Source of the DNA: Podarcis erhardii
Lineage: Eukaryota
Reading direction: 5' to 3' (one strand)
NCBI GenBank assembly: GCA_964252035.1
Contig: OZ176204.1
DNA length: 64,000 nucleotides
A program made the translations under genes and the position numbers. How positions within the stretch are numbered: position 1 is the stretch's first letter; every line of letters starts with the position of its first letter. Under the pieces are notes generated by a model. That model was not told the DNA's origin, ran no database searches, and saw only the letters and a program-made list of their open reading frames with translations. Of the stretch, positions 24,125-37,463 are shown piece after piece.

Positions 24125-27100
24125 TACTGGATCTGCTTCTGTTCGAAAATCTTTGTACATTTCCCCCCACAAATTTAATCTGTTTTGTAAAGTTTGCAAC
24201 TTTCCATTAGAAAAGACCAACCTGGGTTGTTTGTTTGTTTGTTTGTTTGTTTCAAAAAGCAATAAACATACTGTTAATCTTCATTGCATTCAACATGAGT
24301 GGTATTAAAATGGTGGCCTTGTTTGTTTTGCAGTGATGTCATCATTGGGCTATTTAATTTTTGTCATAGTTTTGGGAGACAGTTAGCCTGGTTGTTTCTT
24401 CTCTCTGGTACTTGGAGTACTATCAATATACACATTGCTTTAGAGAGCCCAGCTAAAAGTTTTACAAGCTACATTCTACAAACAGAGAAGAGTAAAAGCA
24501 AAGAAAAAAAGTCAGCTGTGGCCAAATGTGGACAGGAACAAAACACTGGCAAAATATGAAGGAATTACATTAAAAAGTGTCTTCACCATTTGTCTTTTTG
24601 TCACTGAGCCTGGAGTTTTCAGGGTGAGGGAAGCAATCTGTCATCCCTGGCCTTAATCCATCAATATGGTCAATAATCGCCAGCAGAGTAGGAACCGGGA
24701 ACCAAGCAGCTTCAGTGGAACCTCAGATATATAGAATCAAAAAAGGTTGTGCAAGTAATTACAGCAAATATATCCCTTTTTCAGGGGAAGGCAGTAGATC
24801 TGAGCTAGGTTAAGTTCCAAGCAAAGCTGAAGGGCAGGTGCCAAGGCCCAGAAGGTGAAGAGGACATGGTGAGGTTCTGAAAATAGAGGAAATGCAAGTT
24901 AGGTACAGGAGCAGGAATACCATAACAGCCTGAGGTGCAGTGTCTCACAGAGCCAATGGCTGGTTAATTAACATCCTACTGACAAGAGGAAATTGCAGCC
25001 ACACTAGACTGTCCTGGCCATAGTTACTGTTGGCCAATCAAGTCAATAAATGTTGCATATTGAGCAGCCAGTAAAGAAGCCATGAAGTAGCACTCTAGAT
25101 TTTGCCTTGGACATGAATAAAAAAATATTTTTTTATGAAGGCCCACATTCTCTCAGCAGGGATCTGCCAAGGGCTGGGTGCTGGGAGTGTGTGGAGCTAT
25201 AGTCAGCAGTAGGTGGAGTTTGTCTAGAGCTCTCTCTCTCGAGCTCTCTCTCTGCCACCCACCTCTCTCTCTCTCTCTCATTGTGTGCTTTCCTCCCCTT
25301 CATCTGTTTGTCCGTTTTGCCTTTCTACACATCCCTCCACCTGCTTCAGTGGTGGCTGGTGTGCACTGGGGAATAGTTGGGTGTCTGGCTTCAAGCCCCA
25401 ACAGAAGGTGGAACCAGAGCCAATGGCAGGCAGAGTCAATTAATTCTACTTCTACCCCCTCCCCTTCCCTGGAGTTAACACTGAGACCAAAGTAGGAAGA
25501 AGCTGACAGACAGTGAAACCCCCTGGACTGATTGTAAGTAGCGGGGTAGGCAGGTGGGGGCTGGCTGAGGGCAAATTGAGGTAGGTCCGCCTCAGCTTTT
25601 TAGGGCAGCCGCTGATTTCAGGGACTGGAAGTGGCTCCGCCCCACTGCAGTACCCGAAAAACCAAGGAACCAACAAGCCCACAAGCTCCCCTGCCACCCA
25701 GAATCCCAACCCCAGATGCACAGCAGCCACTGCACTAAAGACTTCGGTGCTTCCTACAGATCCCTGTGGTGCCCCCCCCCACGCCCTGTAGTGTAGTGCC
25801 TGACATTCAGGTCACATCAACCTCACAAATTTGAAACAGAAATTTCTTATATCTTTTCAATAGTCATGACTTCTCCCAAAGAATTCCAAGAATTGTTGCT
25901 TGTCATTGGCACTGATCTCACAGAGCTACAATTCCCAGCACTTTACATTCCCAAGCTTCTCCATGGACTGTTAAAGTGGTGTAAGAATGCTTTAAATGTA
26001 TGGCACAGATGTGACCTCACTGTTCTTGTCTTATATCACTGAGAGAAATTTTGAATTACTCATGTTCAGGGCTGCTAACGGCGAGGTGCAAGAGATACAC
26101 ATGTACCAGGCCCCATGCTAGCAGGGGCCCCATACTCTTTTTAAAAAAACTAAACAATGAAAGCTAAGTCAACTGGACATTTCTGAAGAAAGTTAGAGTA
26201 CAAAAAGTGGAGGTAGCTGTGATACCTTGGCACACAGCAGGCAGCACTATTTAGCATTTCCCACCCTGCCCAGCCCAAAACCTCTGCTGGGCACCAGGTT
26301 GGGGAAGGCTATCTGACAGGGTTTGCAAGAACCTAAAAGACAGTGCTGAATGCCTCTACCTCTGCCCTAGCTTAAGATACAGCTTTAATTGCAGTGGGGT
26401 CAACAGCTGCTATTTGCTCCATAAAATGCATTTACACAACCAGGCTGCCAGAAGGCAGCTGTGGAAACTAAAGTTTACTTTTATGCCCCATCTACAATCT
26501 ATTAGCTTCTCCCTCCATCACAGATTGACCTCAGTTCATTGTATGAAGGAAATTCCTTTTCAGAGAGTGATAGGTAGTTCATTCTCTGTGACTCATCCTC
26601 AAATACTGTGAAGAACACGAAGCACACCCCACCCTTAAGAATGTAGAAGCAAACGCTGTCCATTCAGGGAGGCAGTTAAATTCCTATCAAAATGTGAAAT
26701 GAATAAAACCTTATAAACTCAGCCTTTGCAGATTTTGCCATATATTGCTGTATAATGGTGCTGTTATATGTCTGAATGAAAACAGGTCTAAATAAGGTAC
26801 AGGTGTTCTTTAGAAGTAATTCTTTATTTTTTTAATTTATGTATTCAAAGTTTTCAATCCTGTCCAATTTATTTAATAAACTCAGTTACTCAGAGTAGCT
26901 TACAAAAATTAAAATGTTCATTGAAACTACATCCTAACAGAACAACAATATTGAGAAAAACAATATGAAAAGGAAAGAGGTTCGGAAGATTAAGAACTCT
27001 AAACAAAGTTCACCATATAAAGATATTCTATGGGAACGGCCATAACAGAGTGATGGCCCATCTGCCCTGCATGCAGAAAATCTCAGATTCAATTCCTGGA

Positions 27101-27988
27101 AGCTCAAGTTAGGGCTGGGGGGCAGGGAATCCCCCCAAAAGGAACCCCCCCATAAATATTCCCCCCCATCTAAAGTCATTTCACTGCTTTCACTAGCATG
27201 TGTATTTACTTTACCCTTTCTGTACACACTGCTTGACTGGGGAAAACGCACTATAAAATCTGGGAGAGGGTGGATTTTGAAGGATGGCTGTGTTTCAGTT
27301 CATACATTTTTTCAGAAAGTGCGAATTTAGTAAGACCCCCTTCAGATGCTGAATCGAATTTCTGCCCAATCACTAGTTGAGAGGATGGAAGAGGGAGGGG
27401 AAAGCCATGCATGTCACCCTGACCAAGAGGAACAGGATAAAAATGTAGCAACATAATATAGCTTTGATTTCCCAAGTGTCCAGTTGCCTCTCTTCCAGGG
27501 CATAGGTAAACACATCCATTAAAGAGTCCGCTTGCAAATGATTCAGAGGACAGTACATTGGCCATGATGTTCTCTTACTTGAGCAAATGTGGAGGCACAA
27601 GCGTGTGTATTTACTGTGATCATCCGCTGAGGCCCTTCTCCAGTTCCCACCCCTCTTCAGAGGCTGGGTGGATGGCCACCAGTGACAGGGACTTTTCTGT
27701 TGTGGCCCCTTTAAGCCTTCATTTGTTTTATGTGTTTCCGTGACTGTTATTCCACACCTTCCCTGCTGGATTGATAGGTATTCCCAGGGCACCTTGTTAT
27801 CTCCATCAAGGAAACAGCTTCAAACAAAATAGGTTTGTGTAGTAAACAAAAAGAAAACACTCTAATGATACGAAAGCATAATGCAGAATACTGTACAAAA
27901 CCTGGAAAGGATTATAGATTTTGATCACAGCTGTGCATCGAGGCCCTAGGCATACTAAGTAGCAACTGCCAGTGAGCTCAGTGGTACA

Positions 27989-28134
27989 CAGTGCTTTTTT
28001 TCTAAAAAAATGTTTAGGGGTACTTTCATTTTCCCACTCATATTGAAATATTGCCCCTCAATGGGGCCAAACTTAGATTCACAAAATGTTTAGGGGTATG
28101 CGTACCCCTGTGTCCTCCCAGAAAAAAAGCACTG
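27989..28134 (+). mobile_element. hAT MITE (146 bp)
   Basis: TIRs CAGTGCTTTTTTT...AAAAAAAGCACTG; perfect 8-bp TSD GTGGTACA. Confidence 0.9.
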
Positions 28135-28275
28135 GTGGTACAAACACCCAAGTAAGGAAGGGTTTAAATGTAAAAGCATTAAAAAGCTGGGGGCAATTAA
28201 ACAAAACAAAACACACAGCTTTTGTTCAGGACAGGAAAGATGACAAGATGGGTGCTGGGTGACTTTAAAGATGTT

Positions 28276-28310
28276 ACAGATAAGGTGCTACTGGAAGGAA
28301 TTTGTTTTGT
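28276..28310 (+). mobile_element. 35-bp Penelope-derived micro-insertion
   Basis: taaggtgctactggaaggaatttgttttgtttt is identical to the Penelope copy at ~46544-46577; flanked by the 12-bp direct repeat TTTAAAGATGTT. Confidence 0.7.
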
Positions 28311-30504
28311 TTTAAAGATGTTGTTATCACTTGTTTGCTGCTCTGGGCTCCATTGGGAGGAAGGGCGGAATATAAAATTGATAAATAAATGCATTAATAA
28401 ATGCACAAATAAATGAAAACTCCCTAAGCAAACATACCTGTCTCAGTCCCCTTCCCACCCCCACCTCTCTATCCCTTAAGTGCCTGGTGATTATTGTTTT
28501 TTTAAATTACCCCTCCCATGGATTGATGGTAATTACAGAATGCATTTGATTGATCTGCCATTTTGTACAGTGATTCTCACAATAATTGTGTGTCTGTTCT
28601 TGTTTTTCAGCTTGTTTTGCTTATACAGGCTTATAATTATGCAAGCCAACTAAGAGATCAAGTGAAGGAAAGGCAGGATGCACACCTTTAAAAGAAATAA
28701 TGGGTCCAACCCAGCGAAAGGTGAAGCCCCCTCCTCAAAGCCCCATTGTATTCAATGTGAGACAGATTTCATCACATTCCTAGCACTTCAATTAAGAGCA
28801 GTGAACTGGGTGACATATGCCCTACCTATGTGGGTTCCAGGATGCTGTCTGGCAAAAAACTCTCAATACCCTTCCCCTATGCTGCAGTCCTGACTTGAAT
28901 CCCCCTCTCCACATACACACACAGTGGCTGCTACTTCCAAAAGTTTAGAGAGAGCTGAGAGAGATTCATACATTCTGTTGCCACATCTCATTTGGCCCTT
29001 AGAGTTCAGCATCCCATGAGAGAAAATGGGAATGACAGACTATTGGGAGGCTGAATGACAGGAGGATTAGAAAATGTTTTGCACATTAAAGCCGAGATTG
29101 ACAAATCACTTTGACTAGCCTACTTACTCTTAAGTCAGTCTTCCATGACACTTGTTTGGATGAGGCCAAGTTGTTTTTAGGAAGAGTATTCCTTCTTAAG
29201 TTGTTTATGGTTTGCAAAGTACTATATAATGAATTAAAGGGTTTTAAACTGACACAGAGAGAGAAAGAGAGGAGAAATGAATAGTTTGGTGTCTCTTTAC
29301 ACTGCAGAGGGAATCGGCTCTCCTCTTAGGTTGATGTAATGATGCTCTGAGTGTCCACGGCTCGGGTCCCTAGTGAGATGGGCCAAACTCTGTCTGCTAA
29401 AAGGTGAATTTTACACCACTCCTAGGAATACAGTGATTGATCCACTGTCTGGAAAAGCAGCTTAGGCTGGAGGGTAGAGAGGTCATTTGACATCACTCAA
29501 GAGCAGGGTTTTGTGTATATCTATTTCTTTACAAAGGCCCCATTTGAGTTCTTATTCTGAAGAGTGTTGCAACTGCAAGCCTAAAGGGTGAACTTGATCT
29601 TCAAATGCTGGACATTCAGTTCCACAACTATGGGAAATCTAAGGAAACAAACAAAGCATGCAAATCTGACCTTTCCTTATTTCCTGTCCCTTTGCTCACT
29701 TCAATTGTTCAAGGGAAGGGAAGTGGATTATTTGAACAATTTTAGTTTAGCTATGATTATCAGCCAAGAGTCTTGTTTCACAATCTAGTAATCTACACAC
29801 GCACACACAATGCATGTGTTCACAGATGCATATATATTTTCATCGCTGTCTGCGTGTTAGATTCAACAAATCTATCCCTGTAGGGCAATGACTTCTGCTT
29901 GCACAGTGCAACTTCCCCTCCTGCCCTTCACATTCTCAAATCTGCCCTGGGGCTCCTTCAACCCTTCAGAGTGGATTTGGGGGGCAGAAGGGTACATGGG
30001 GAGAGGAGAGGGAGTGGAAGTCCTTGCATGAACAGGATAACTGTATTGGATTTGAAATAGTTTTTAAAATATGGAATTATTTTTACTGTGAAATTGCATT
30101 GAGATATTCTATGGGAAACAATTTATAAATGGACTATATTGCAATGCAATTGTATCTGATTGTATCTGCGTCTTTCTTGCTTGGCAATAGAAGATAATAT
30201 ATCTGTTTTCTGCACTGCCCTCTCTAGGCTCTTGTGAAATTTTGTACATTTCACCAAACATCAGTGTAATATGAATTGGCAATTTCAAGTTTGCCAGGGT
30301 TCCAGGTTGTACCTTTTAATACATTGCAATGGCTTATTATGGGATGTGTCTGGGTTTCTGTCCTGCGTCACAATCCACCTCACATCTGTGGGAGCGATAG
30401 AAGGGCCTCTGATGAAGAGACCTGCACACAAGGGAGAAAGTAATTATTGAGGGACCCTGCTCCAAAGTCATTTAGGGCTTTTAAAGTTAAAGCCAGCATT
30501 TGAC

Positions 30505-30810
30505 ATTATTATTTATTTATCTTAGGGTGGTTCACAGCATAACAATATAAGATAGAAACACAAAATACACCAAAATACACAATAAAAGCAAGAACAAAAC
30601 AAACTGATAACCAGGCAGGGGGTGAAGGGGTTGCCATTGAACCTGGAAATGGACTGGGACCCAGGGCACTCACTCAAGGCTGAGAAGATGAGTGCCATAT
30701 GCCAGGTACGTAACCTAGATGCTATATTTTGTACTAATTTTACTGTCTGAACTATCTTCAAGGGCAGCCCCATATACTGCATTTTGTAATATTCTAAAAG
30801 GTGTGTCACT
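30505..30810 (-). mobile_element. L2 LINE 3' fragment
   Basis: Translation LEYYKMQYMGLPLKIVQTVKLVQNIASRL resembles the L2 ORF C-terminus (LDYCNxLxxGLP...LQLVQNAAARL); (TTTA) tail. Confidence 0.7.
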
Positions 30811-32210
30811 GGAGCATGAAAAATTGTGGCTAGGTTATCTCTGCCTGGACAAGGTCACAGCTAGTGCACCAGTCTTAGCTGATGAAAGGGGTTTAATGCC
30901 ACTAAGGCCACTTGAGCTCCTAAAGACAGGGACAGATCTGATTGAACCTACAGACCTTAAGGCGAAATGCTACCCCACTCCCAATAAACCAGGCACCAAC
31001 TCCGTCTTACCAGTTTATTTACCCTCATCCAGTCCCACTCTAGGCAATGGTTCAGCTCTTCCTATAGCATGATCTGAATTTGAAGCCAGATTATTTTGAA
31101 ATGGTTTCTTTTTCTTTTTCAAAAGCAGCTGCTGAGGCCATCAAATTTATCAGTTGTTTGCAGACTCTCCTATTCTACAGCAGAGAAACACTTACTGGTT
31201 GATATGTGTGGTCCTGAAGAAAAAGATAAAAAGAAAGTAGAGGAAGAAAGAGGGAGGAATCTAGGCCTTAGAAACAGTGCAGCAGTCTAAACTGGAGCTA
31301 GTGAGCTGATTTCATACTCACTGTGGAGAGCTGGAGAAAATGCGTATTACAAACAGAGTGCGTTGCCATGCTGTCCAACATCAAAGTGCTGCCACTGGAA
31401 GGACTTTTGTAACAAAGAAATGAAACCTCAGGACCAATCTGTGTCATTAGCCCCCAACCGCTCCAGCTTTGTTATTATGGAAATGTCCTCCTCAAATACA
31501 AATTGGAACTGTACAGTATAATTAGAAGAGCACATTCATTTATTTAGGAGTGAATCTCTTACCGTCCCCCAATATCTTATGTCTGTTAGGCTGCCATGTT
31601 TCTGGGGGACTCAGTCAAGGGATCCATTTCCTCAACACAGCTTTATTTTATAGCAGTGTTTCAGAGCCTTTTCAGGTGAAAATTGGAGCAGATCCCTTCT
31701 AGGGCATCACAATTGGTTTGGTAGGCAAAACATTCTGCCAAAGGAAGCAAGTATTTAGCATGTTATTATTCCCATGTTGTAGGGAACAGTATTTACTGGT
31801 TTTATTTTTTATCAGATCCTTGGTCAATTGCTAATTCACATAGTTTTCCAATTCATTTAAACACCTGTATTGTGTTTAGTTGCTATTGTTAATCACAGAA
31901 GACAAGCTAAAATAAAATCAAACCAGGTGGTCTTACCATTCTGTCAATGGGTGCTGATTATATGACACATACTTGCTTATGCAACAGAATTTGGTTGTGC
32001 AGTGCATAATTAATTCTTGGAATTCATTGCTATGAGATGCGATGATAGCCATGAACCTAGATAGTCTTGGTGATGGATCAAGGTGGGGGAGAGGGTTTCC
32101 TTTCTGACAGATACTTTTTTATATAAGCCCCCTGCCCCATCCCAAGAATTATGCTAAGCTACCATCACAATGCTATCCTTCTATTTGGATGGATTTATAA
32201 AGCAAACTAT

Positions 32211-32560
32211 GGGATGCAGGTGGTGCTGTGGGTTAAACCACAGAGCCTAGGACTTGCCAATCAGAAGGTTGGCAGTTCGAATCCCCGTGACTGGGTGAGC
32301 TCCCGTTGCTCGGTCCCTGTTCCTGCCAACCTAGCAGTTCGAAAGCACGTCAAAGTGCAAGTAGATAAATAGGTACCGCTCCGGCGGGAAGGTAAACAGC
32401 ATTTCCGTGTGCTGCTCTGGTTTGCCAGAAGTGGCTTAGTCATGCTAGCCACATGTCCCGGAAGCTGTACACCGGCTCCCTCGGCCAATAAAGCGAGATG
32501 AGCGCCGCAACCCCAGAGTCGGCCACAACTGGACCTAATGGTCAGGGGTCCCTTTACCTT
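32211..32560 (+). mobile_element. Sauria SINE, full length
   Basis: tRNA-like head with GTTCGAATCC B-box, BovB-like tail ...cctttacctt; 13-bp TSD TATAAAGCAAACT (32196-32208, 32564-32576). Confidence 0.92.
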
Positions 32561-33178
32561 TTCTATAAAGCAAACTGGCAGTGATCCCTCCCATTAAGCC
32601 CAGCTTTAGAAATATTAAATAGTAAGGAGCTTCAGGTTTACTTTCCAGAAAACACCAAATCTTACAGAACTTTGTGAACTATCCTTCTAAGACAACTCTG
32701 CAGTCTAGCATGTGTGGAACATTCTATTGAGAAATTCCAGGGGTGGAGCCAAACACAGCAGTGGCTCCTCCTCCTCCTCTTGGGACTACCAGCAGCAGGA
32801 GGCTACTTAGACGCTCATTCCGCTCTGCAGCAGCAGCAAGAGGAAGAGGAGTTGGAGTCAGCCTCTGGAGCCATGCTCTGCTCGGCACTTTGCCTTTGCA
32901 CTTGGGGACATGGGGGAGGGGAGGCAAGAATGGCTCAAAAGCACTCTGCCTCCAGGAACAGGCACCCTGCTCTAGTATTGATTTGTTCAGAATAGATGGT
33001 TTATCAAGATTAAAAACCAGCAACAATTAGATAAATTCATGGAATATAGGTCTATCAATAGCTGCAGGCCATGATGGCTCAGTGAAGACTAAGCCCCACT
33101 GAACCCAATGGGACTTTTGAGCAGACATGTGTAGGACTTCACTATCAGAGGCATTTGGCAGGCCACTGGATCCAATCA

Positions 33179-33206
33179 GATGATGATGATGATGATGATG
33201 ATGATT
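33179..33206. repeat. (GAT)n microsatellite
   Basis: Perfect trinucleotide run. Confidence 0.9.
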
Positions 33207-34911
33207 ATAAGTGGGTTTTTAAAAAAAGAGTAAACAGGCCTAGTAAACAGGCAGTTTCACACAAAGCTAAAAGCCAGTGTAAAAATCATTTCTGACAGCA
33301 TAGTTGTGGCATGTTTACTCAGAATTTAGTTCCAGTAATGGGGCTTACTCGCAGGCGAATGTGCATGGTATTGCAGTCTAGAAGACACAAAGACACACTG
33401 CATACAAACGGAGCACAACTTCCTTAGCCCAAGCCCCAGTTTCATAAAAGCAACTAAGATGATACTTGAGTGTTGCTTGATTTCAGCAAGGCTCGAGGGT
33501 TTCCACCTGCGCCAGAGAAAAATGCTGGGGCCTTGCTAATTTGCAGATGTGAGCAAATGTTAATGCATATAAACATATGCAACAACACTCAAACTTATTC
33601 TTTTAAAACTGGCCATGTAGGAATAGCAATTAGCCAGGCTACTGGGCAATCAGGTCAAGCAAGTTGAACCCTATTTTGGTGGCAATGGGTTGGTTTTTTG
33701 GTTTTTTTTAAATAATAGCAAGTGTAAACGTTTGTGGGCTTCCAGTTCTTTGCAGAATAGAGGTCTCTGTTCCTTGGCTGCCTCTAGGCGGGCAATTTTA
33801 GGGCAATCTTCCATAACAGCTGCTGTGCTACTGGCAACTGCAGATCTAGATGAGGCTCAGGTGCGTTTTTAACCACCTTATCATCTACCTATGCTCACAG
33901 CAAGTCTAAAGGGCAAAGTGTAAAAGATTCTGTCAGTGTGGCACTTGTCATCTGAGCAGCTCTACCGGTCATGGAGCCACAGGCTTCAGTCAGCAGGGAG
34001 GAAATGAAACCTTTGCTCAATTACAGGCTAGAGAAACGTGGCCACATTTTCAGCCAAGTGCTACTTTGTGAAATGATTTCTTAGCCCAGCAAAACCATTT
34101 TAAATTCAGCCTCTTTCATGAGCCATTAGATGGGGAGGAGGCCTGGAGAACGAAGGGAGGGAGAGTCACTGATTTTGTTTGCTTACCATTGTTCCACGTC
34201 TGAAGCATGCTCCCATTTGGTGTTAACTCTGCAGTCCTAGGCCCATTTACTTGAGAGTAAGCCCCTTTGAACTCAGAGGGACTTACTTCTGAGCAAGTAG
34301 CTATGGGATCTGCTGTAAGAAAACCCAAATGGTATTTATTCTCAATAAATACAAATGTGCTAATCAAGTGAGGTTGCTGCTCAGTAGTTCACATACAGGT
34401 TTTTGGAAGCCTTGGGAAAGAGATTCTCAATAGGCCCCTTTTGACTTGTTGTTGTTGTCATCATCCAGTTGTTGACCAGAGAAGGAATGACTGCTGGGAG
34501 GAGTGCAGAGAGAAGCAACACCATGGTGCACCAATAGCGGCAAAACCAGATAGGTCTCTCGCATATGGGCCAGGGATTGCCACTGGGGATGAGAGCTTCA
34601 GCTGGTGCTTGCATTAGTGGCAAGTTGGGCAAGGCTGCCCTCCGGACACTATGGTTGCTGCAGCTTACCTGGACCAGGCTGTGGCAAGGTCATGGCTGTG
34701 TGAAATGCTGGTGGAGCAAATCCAGCACACTAGCTAGGGCATCCTCACAGCCCCAACCTCACCACCGTCCCACCCCAGCATTGTCCAGGTAAGCTGTAGC
34801 AATGCCAGTATGGGAAGTGGGGCTCAGCACCTTTGACCTACCACCTGACACTTGCTAGGTGCTCAGTGATGCTGGCCGTGCCTGAACAAGTTGAGATCCC
34901 ATCCATCAAAC

Positions 34912-35047
34912 CAGGCATGGCCAAATGTGGCCCTCCAGCTGTTTTGGGACTACAACTCCCATCATTCCTAGCTAACAGGACCAGTGGTCAGGGATGATGG
35001 GAACTGTAGTCCCCAAACAGCTGGAGGGCCACGTTTGGCCATGCCTG
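34912..35047. mobile_element. Palindromic hAT MITE, family H1
   Basis: Near whole-length inverted repeat CAGGCATGGCCAAA...TTTGGCCATGCCTG; 8-bp TSD CATCAAAC. Confidence 0.9.
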
Positions 35048-35491
35048 CATCAAACCAAGTGCAGCACATTAGCCAAAGGATTGAGTTTGAGACTATCTAC
35101 AAGCAAAGTGTGTGCTCTTGTTGCTGAGCTTTCCCACTAACTTTTAGTAAGATCAACAGGCAGCTCAGATGAGATTATATTAGACACCCTGATTATAGGT
35201 TCTGATCTCTTTTGTAGAACAGGTTGGTTTTTTTCTGGGCAAATTTTATATCTTTTGTTAACCTGTTATGCATGCTGGCTCCTGTGAAGGTCCGATCTTG
35301 CTTTTGAGCATGGGCAAGATGCTAACAAGGGGCCATAATTCTACAGTATCAGAAAACACATAATTATAACTTTGTGTCACATACATATTCATATTTTTAC
35401 ACACATACACTAGAGCAGATTATGCATAAACACATTTCAGTACCGGTATATCAAGTATAACTATTTAGTTATGGTTTTCAACGATACTCAC

Positions 35492-35651
35492 NNNNNNNNN
35501 NNNNNNNNNNNNNNNNNNNNNNNNNNNNNNNNNNNNNNNNNNNNNNNNNNNNNNNNNNNNNNNNNNNNNNNNNNNNNNNNNNNNNNNNNNNNNNNNNNNN
35601 NNNNNNNNNNNNNNNNNNNNNNNNNNNNNNNNNNNNNNNNNNNNNNNNNNN
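35492..35651. other. Assembly gap (160 N)
   Basis: Run of N. Confidence 1.
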
Positions 35652-35664
35652 AATCTATATATAT

Positions 35665-35698
35665 ATGCAGGTTTTGGTGTCTACGAAAATCTACGAAA

Positions 35699-35701
<3 letters not shown>
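35665..35701 (+). mobile_element. Minimal footprint of Penelope-like family B between (TA)n tracts
   Basis: atgcaggttttggtgtc equals the first 17 nt of the 46753 palindrome; gaaaatctacgaaagca equals its tail; (TA)n on both sides. Confidence 0.75.
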
Positions 35702-35735
<34 letters not shown>

Positions 35736-36346
35736 CTCACATCACTATATACATTGCCTAGCTTTATAAAACAGGTTAAAGTTTGGCATAATTACTCAAA
35801 AAGAGGAAATGGAATTATTTCCTGCACTGCATATACTTTTATAAGGCATATGCTTATGTTTAAAATGTATTAAATATTAATAAAGTCATCATGTGTGTGT
35901 AATATATTTTTATATATAACAAGCAATATGCATCTCAAATTCTGCTAGACTCTTAAAGCCTGTTGAGGTATGTGCTCTGAAATGCAATGCTGGAAAGTAC
36001 ACAGATATTCACAGATATTTCAAATTTTTCCTCCGCTGCATGACTGTGTCTGATTGCACACCATTAGAGCCCAACCTCAAGCACAACTTCTGGTGTGTGT
36101 GGACGGGGTGGGCAATGGGGGTGGACATGGCAAAGAGTTGGGAAAGCCTGTTTAGGTGTGTTGAACCCCCGCCCCCAGCAGTTCATTTGATCAAAGAACA
36201 CGAAAAGAGGTGTGTGTGTGTATATACACACCATGTATCATAAAGACACCACAGTCTCTGCTGTGCCGCTTTGTCCAAAAGGAATACAGACCCTAGTAAG
36301 TGTGCCTGGTACCCCTGGAATCATTATACTGTGGTATAATGGTTAG

Positions 36347-36700
36347 TGAAATATACTCAGAGTCGAGGGTGGATTTCATGCTCTTTATTCAGCTCATAGT
36401 GGTGAGGAGGAATGAAAGTTTCCCCAAAGTATCTGCTTTATATACATTATTTACACAATGGGCTGCATGAGGGGTGTGTGTGTCTAATGACTTGCACTCC
36501 TGTCACATGATGGGCATTATATTATTTTCATGACGCTGAGACACGAGTCTATTGATAATCTTGGCAACTTTCATGCCACCCCTTCCCATGTAGACTCAGG
36601 TTCTTCTGAGGTTTCAGACCTGGGCTGTGTGGTGCCTAAAATCTTCTGTTCCTGCACATGGCGCCTAATGTTGAGTGCCTGTAGTTCCTTATGAACACAC
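36347..36700 (-). mobile_element. Possible LTR 3' portion (right boundary not found)
   Basis: Minus strand TATATAAAG (36444-36436), AATAAA (36389-36384), ending ...TTTCA at 36347. No matching 5' end or TSD located. Confidence 0.35.
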
Positions 36701-37463
36701 CCAAACTAACAACCTGCCATTTTTTTTTGTACTCTAGTTTTTAAAAGGCATTGCTTTTTTTAGTCCATCGCTTTTCCTTTCATTTTAAAAGTGGTACCTA
36801 AGGTTTAGTCCAGGATGAAGCGGAATGGCAAGTGAATATAATTAGAGGTTCAAAGATCCCGATTATACACTTGTGTACAATGTGTAAGTAATATTATGTT
36901 ACCAAATAATGGAAGAGAAGGTAACATTTCAACCTGGCAATTATTTTCTTACGATACATCGGAGCCGCGGTGGAAGTGAGGCACTTAAAGGCAAGGAGAA
37001 AGGGTCAAAAATGTCTGGGCTGCAGGAATGTTCATTGTAGCAATTCAGATATTTAGGCACCATCTGCTGTGTTAGAGTTCCCCATTCACACATGTATGTA
37101 TGTCGCTACCAAGAAATCATGCCTGAGAACTCAAGGCTAAATACTGTATCTGAACTGATTCCACTATTAGCTATTAGCTGATGTGAATAACCTGAGGTGG
37201 TTGATTCATGAAGGCAGTTTAACACGGGCAACTTATCTCCTGTGGAACATGCAACTGTGAGCTAAATGTGGAATGGAGAATAAATATATTTTATATTGTC
37301 TGGTGTGTTTTTAGTGTGTATCAGTTTTCCTCCATCCATCCATTTCATTTATTTCATAAAATGTATATATCACTTGATTGTAAAAGAAACCTCAAAGTGG
37401 AATACAAAAAGAATAAAGCAACAAAATAATCAGCAAAAAAGAGAGAACAATTTAGTAATTGTT

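Noticed and set aside
24760-25810. Possible LTR-like element
   Set aside because: Composition is suggestive, but I could not identify TG...CA ends with a TSD.
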